DNA from: an uncultured Verrucomicrobiae bacterium
GTDB lineage: Bacteria > Verrucomicrobiota > Verrucomicrobiia > Limisphaerales > Palsa-1400
Assembly: GCA_963702845.1 (NCBI GenBank)
Contig: OY969763.1
Coordinates: 640,001 to 704,000 of the forward strand
DNA length: 64,000 bases
Direction: 5' to 3'
Below are positions 63,196 through 64,000 of the stretch, piece after piece (the first letter of the stretch is position 1; each line of letters opens with the position of its first letter). The notes below the pieces were generated by a model that was given only the letters and a program-made list of their open reading frames with translations, was not told the origin of the DNA and ran no database searches. Both the position numbers and the translations under genes were made by a program.

Positions 63196-64000
63196 CTATC
63201 TGGGTTCATCTGTGGTTAAATCCTTTATCAATCGATCCAACCTCTGGGCCCACTCATCCAACTTAAAGTTCTGTGGATCATCGTGTCCATCAACCATCCC
63301 CGAATCGAAACAACAATGATACCCCGGCACCAGCCACGTCCCATGTTCCAAGCTCGCGGCCACATATAATAACGCCAGCCGATTATACTGCCCCGATGTG
63401 AACCCCGGCTCTGGCGAAATGGCATCGTTGCCTTTGTGCCCGGCGGGATCAGATCGTCGTGGTTGGCTCAACTCGGTGTGCACAAACATCCCGTGACTCT
63501 CCTCTTTCGTGAGCGTTTTCGATTCGTATTTCGTCGCGCGCCACGACATCGAAAACGGATGCCATGTCATCGACTGTCCCAACCGATTCACAAACATGTG
63601 CGCCACCGGCATCTTTTTCCAACGCTCGAAATTATTCAGCGGCCACTCCGGCGTATTGATATTGGTGGGGATCGCTTTCTCCCTGTAATTCGGCGTGCTC
63701 GTATCGTGAATCACAAAATACTTCGCCGTCACCTTCTGCGAAATCGGCCCGCCGATGTCGTCTTCGGCAATCTTGTGTTCCGCCAAATACTTCTTCAACT
63801 CTTCCGCTTTAATCGCCACCGGTTTCCCAATCAACGATTCCAACGGCTCCGGCAACTTCGCAAGGGGCTCGGCTAACACTCCACCGCGTTTTACCGGTCT
63901 CAACAAACACTTCGCCTGTTCCACCGGCGTCCCCGCAAACTCCATTTTTCTGCGATCAAAAGGGCAGGGTGTCGACTGCGCGGTGATGCACGCGAGAAAT
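63196..64000 (-). CDS. Amidase_2/PGRP-like zinc amidase; 5' end lies outside the window
   Basis: YFVIHDT, AHMFV, HTEL, PGYH..HDDP; frame is open to the window edge. Confidence 0.65.
   Translation of the reverse strand, partial: FLACITAQSTPCPFDRRKMEFAGTPVEQAKCLLRPVKRGGVLAEPLAKLPEPLESLIGKPVAIKAEELKKYLAEHKIAEDDIGGPISQKVTAKYFVIHDTSTPNYREKAIPTNINTPEWPLNNFERWKKMPVAHMFVNRLGQSMTWHPFSMSWRATKYESKTLTKEESHGMFVHTELSQPRRSDPAGHKGNDAISPEPGFTSGQYNRLALLYVAASLEHGTWLVPGYHCCFDSGMVDGHDDPQNFKLDEWAQRLDRLIKDLTTDEPR
63198..63219 (-). repeat. Purine-rich short repeat
   Basis: TTAACCACAGATGAACCCAGAT, forming the last codons of the amidase-like gene. Confidence 0.45.

Overview
Gene-dense bacterial chromosome segment with about 57 CDS and no rRNA, tRNA, CRISPR, integrase or transposase that I can support. 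Gene content (H-X9-DG prepilin-like protein, secreted proteins with FYR/FFR C-termini, many orphan glycosidases) suggests a Pedosphaera-like verrucomicrobium (inference). Housekeeping genes: ispH, LptF/G permease, xylA, msrA, yacG, rdgB, mpl, gatB, folA, rpsU, CoaB-like, DedA, eno, panE, nadA. There are two secreted-glycosidase clusters (24.5-30.6 kb and 36.2-44.6 kb). Clustered frameshifts, including in gatB, look like consensus errors. The most notable signals are non-coding: (1) an rRNA-operon-like promoter/boxB/boxA antitermination leader at about 26.0 kb that points into 10-bp tandem repeats rather than rRNA; (2) a twice-repeated ACTTTG-N5-CAAAGT operator linking a winged-helix regulator to an ispH plus membrane-protein operon; (3) purine-rich 9-10-bp repeats co-oriented with local G/T strand skew; (4) several leaderless promoters, a sigma54-type promoter on a small ORF, and an extended SD on rpsU; (5) two shared C-terminal modules on secreted proteins that may be sorting signals. 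All calls are by eye; no searches were run.
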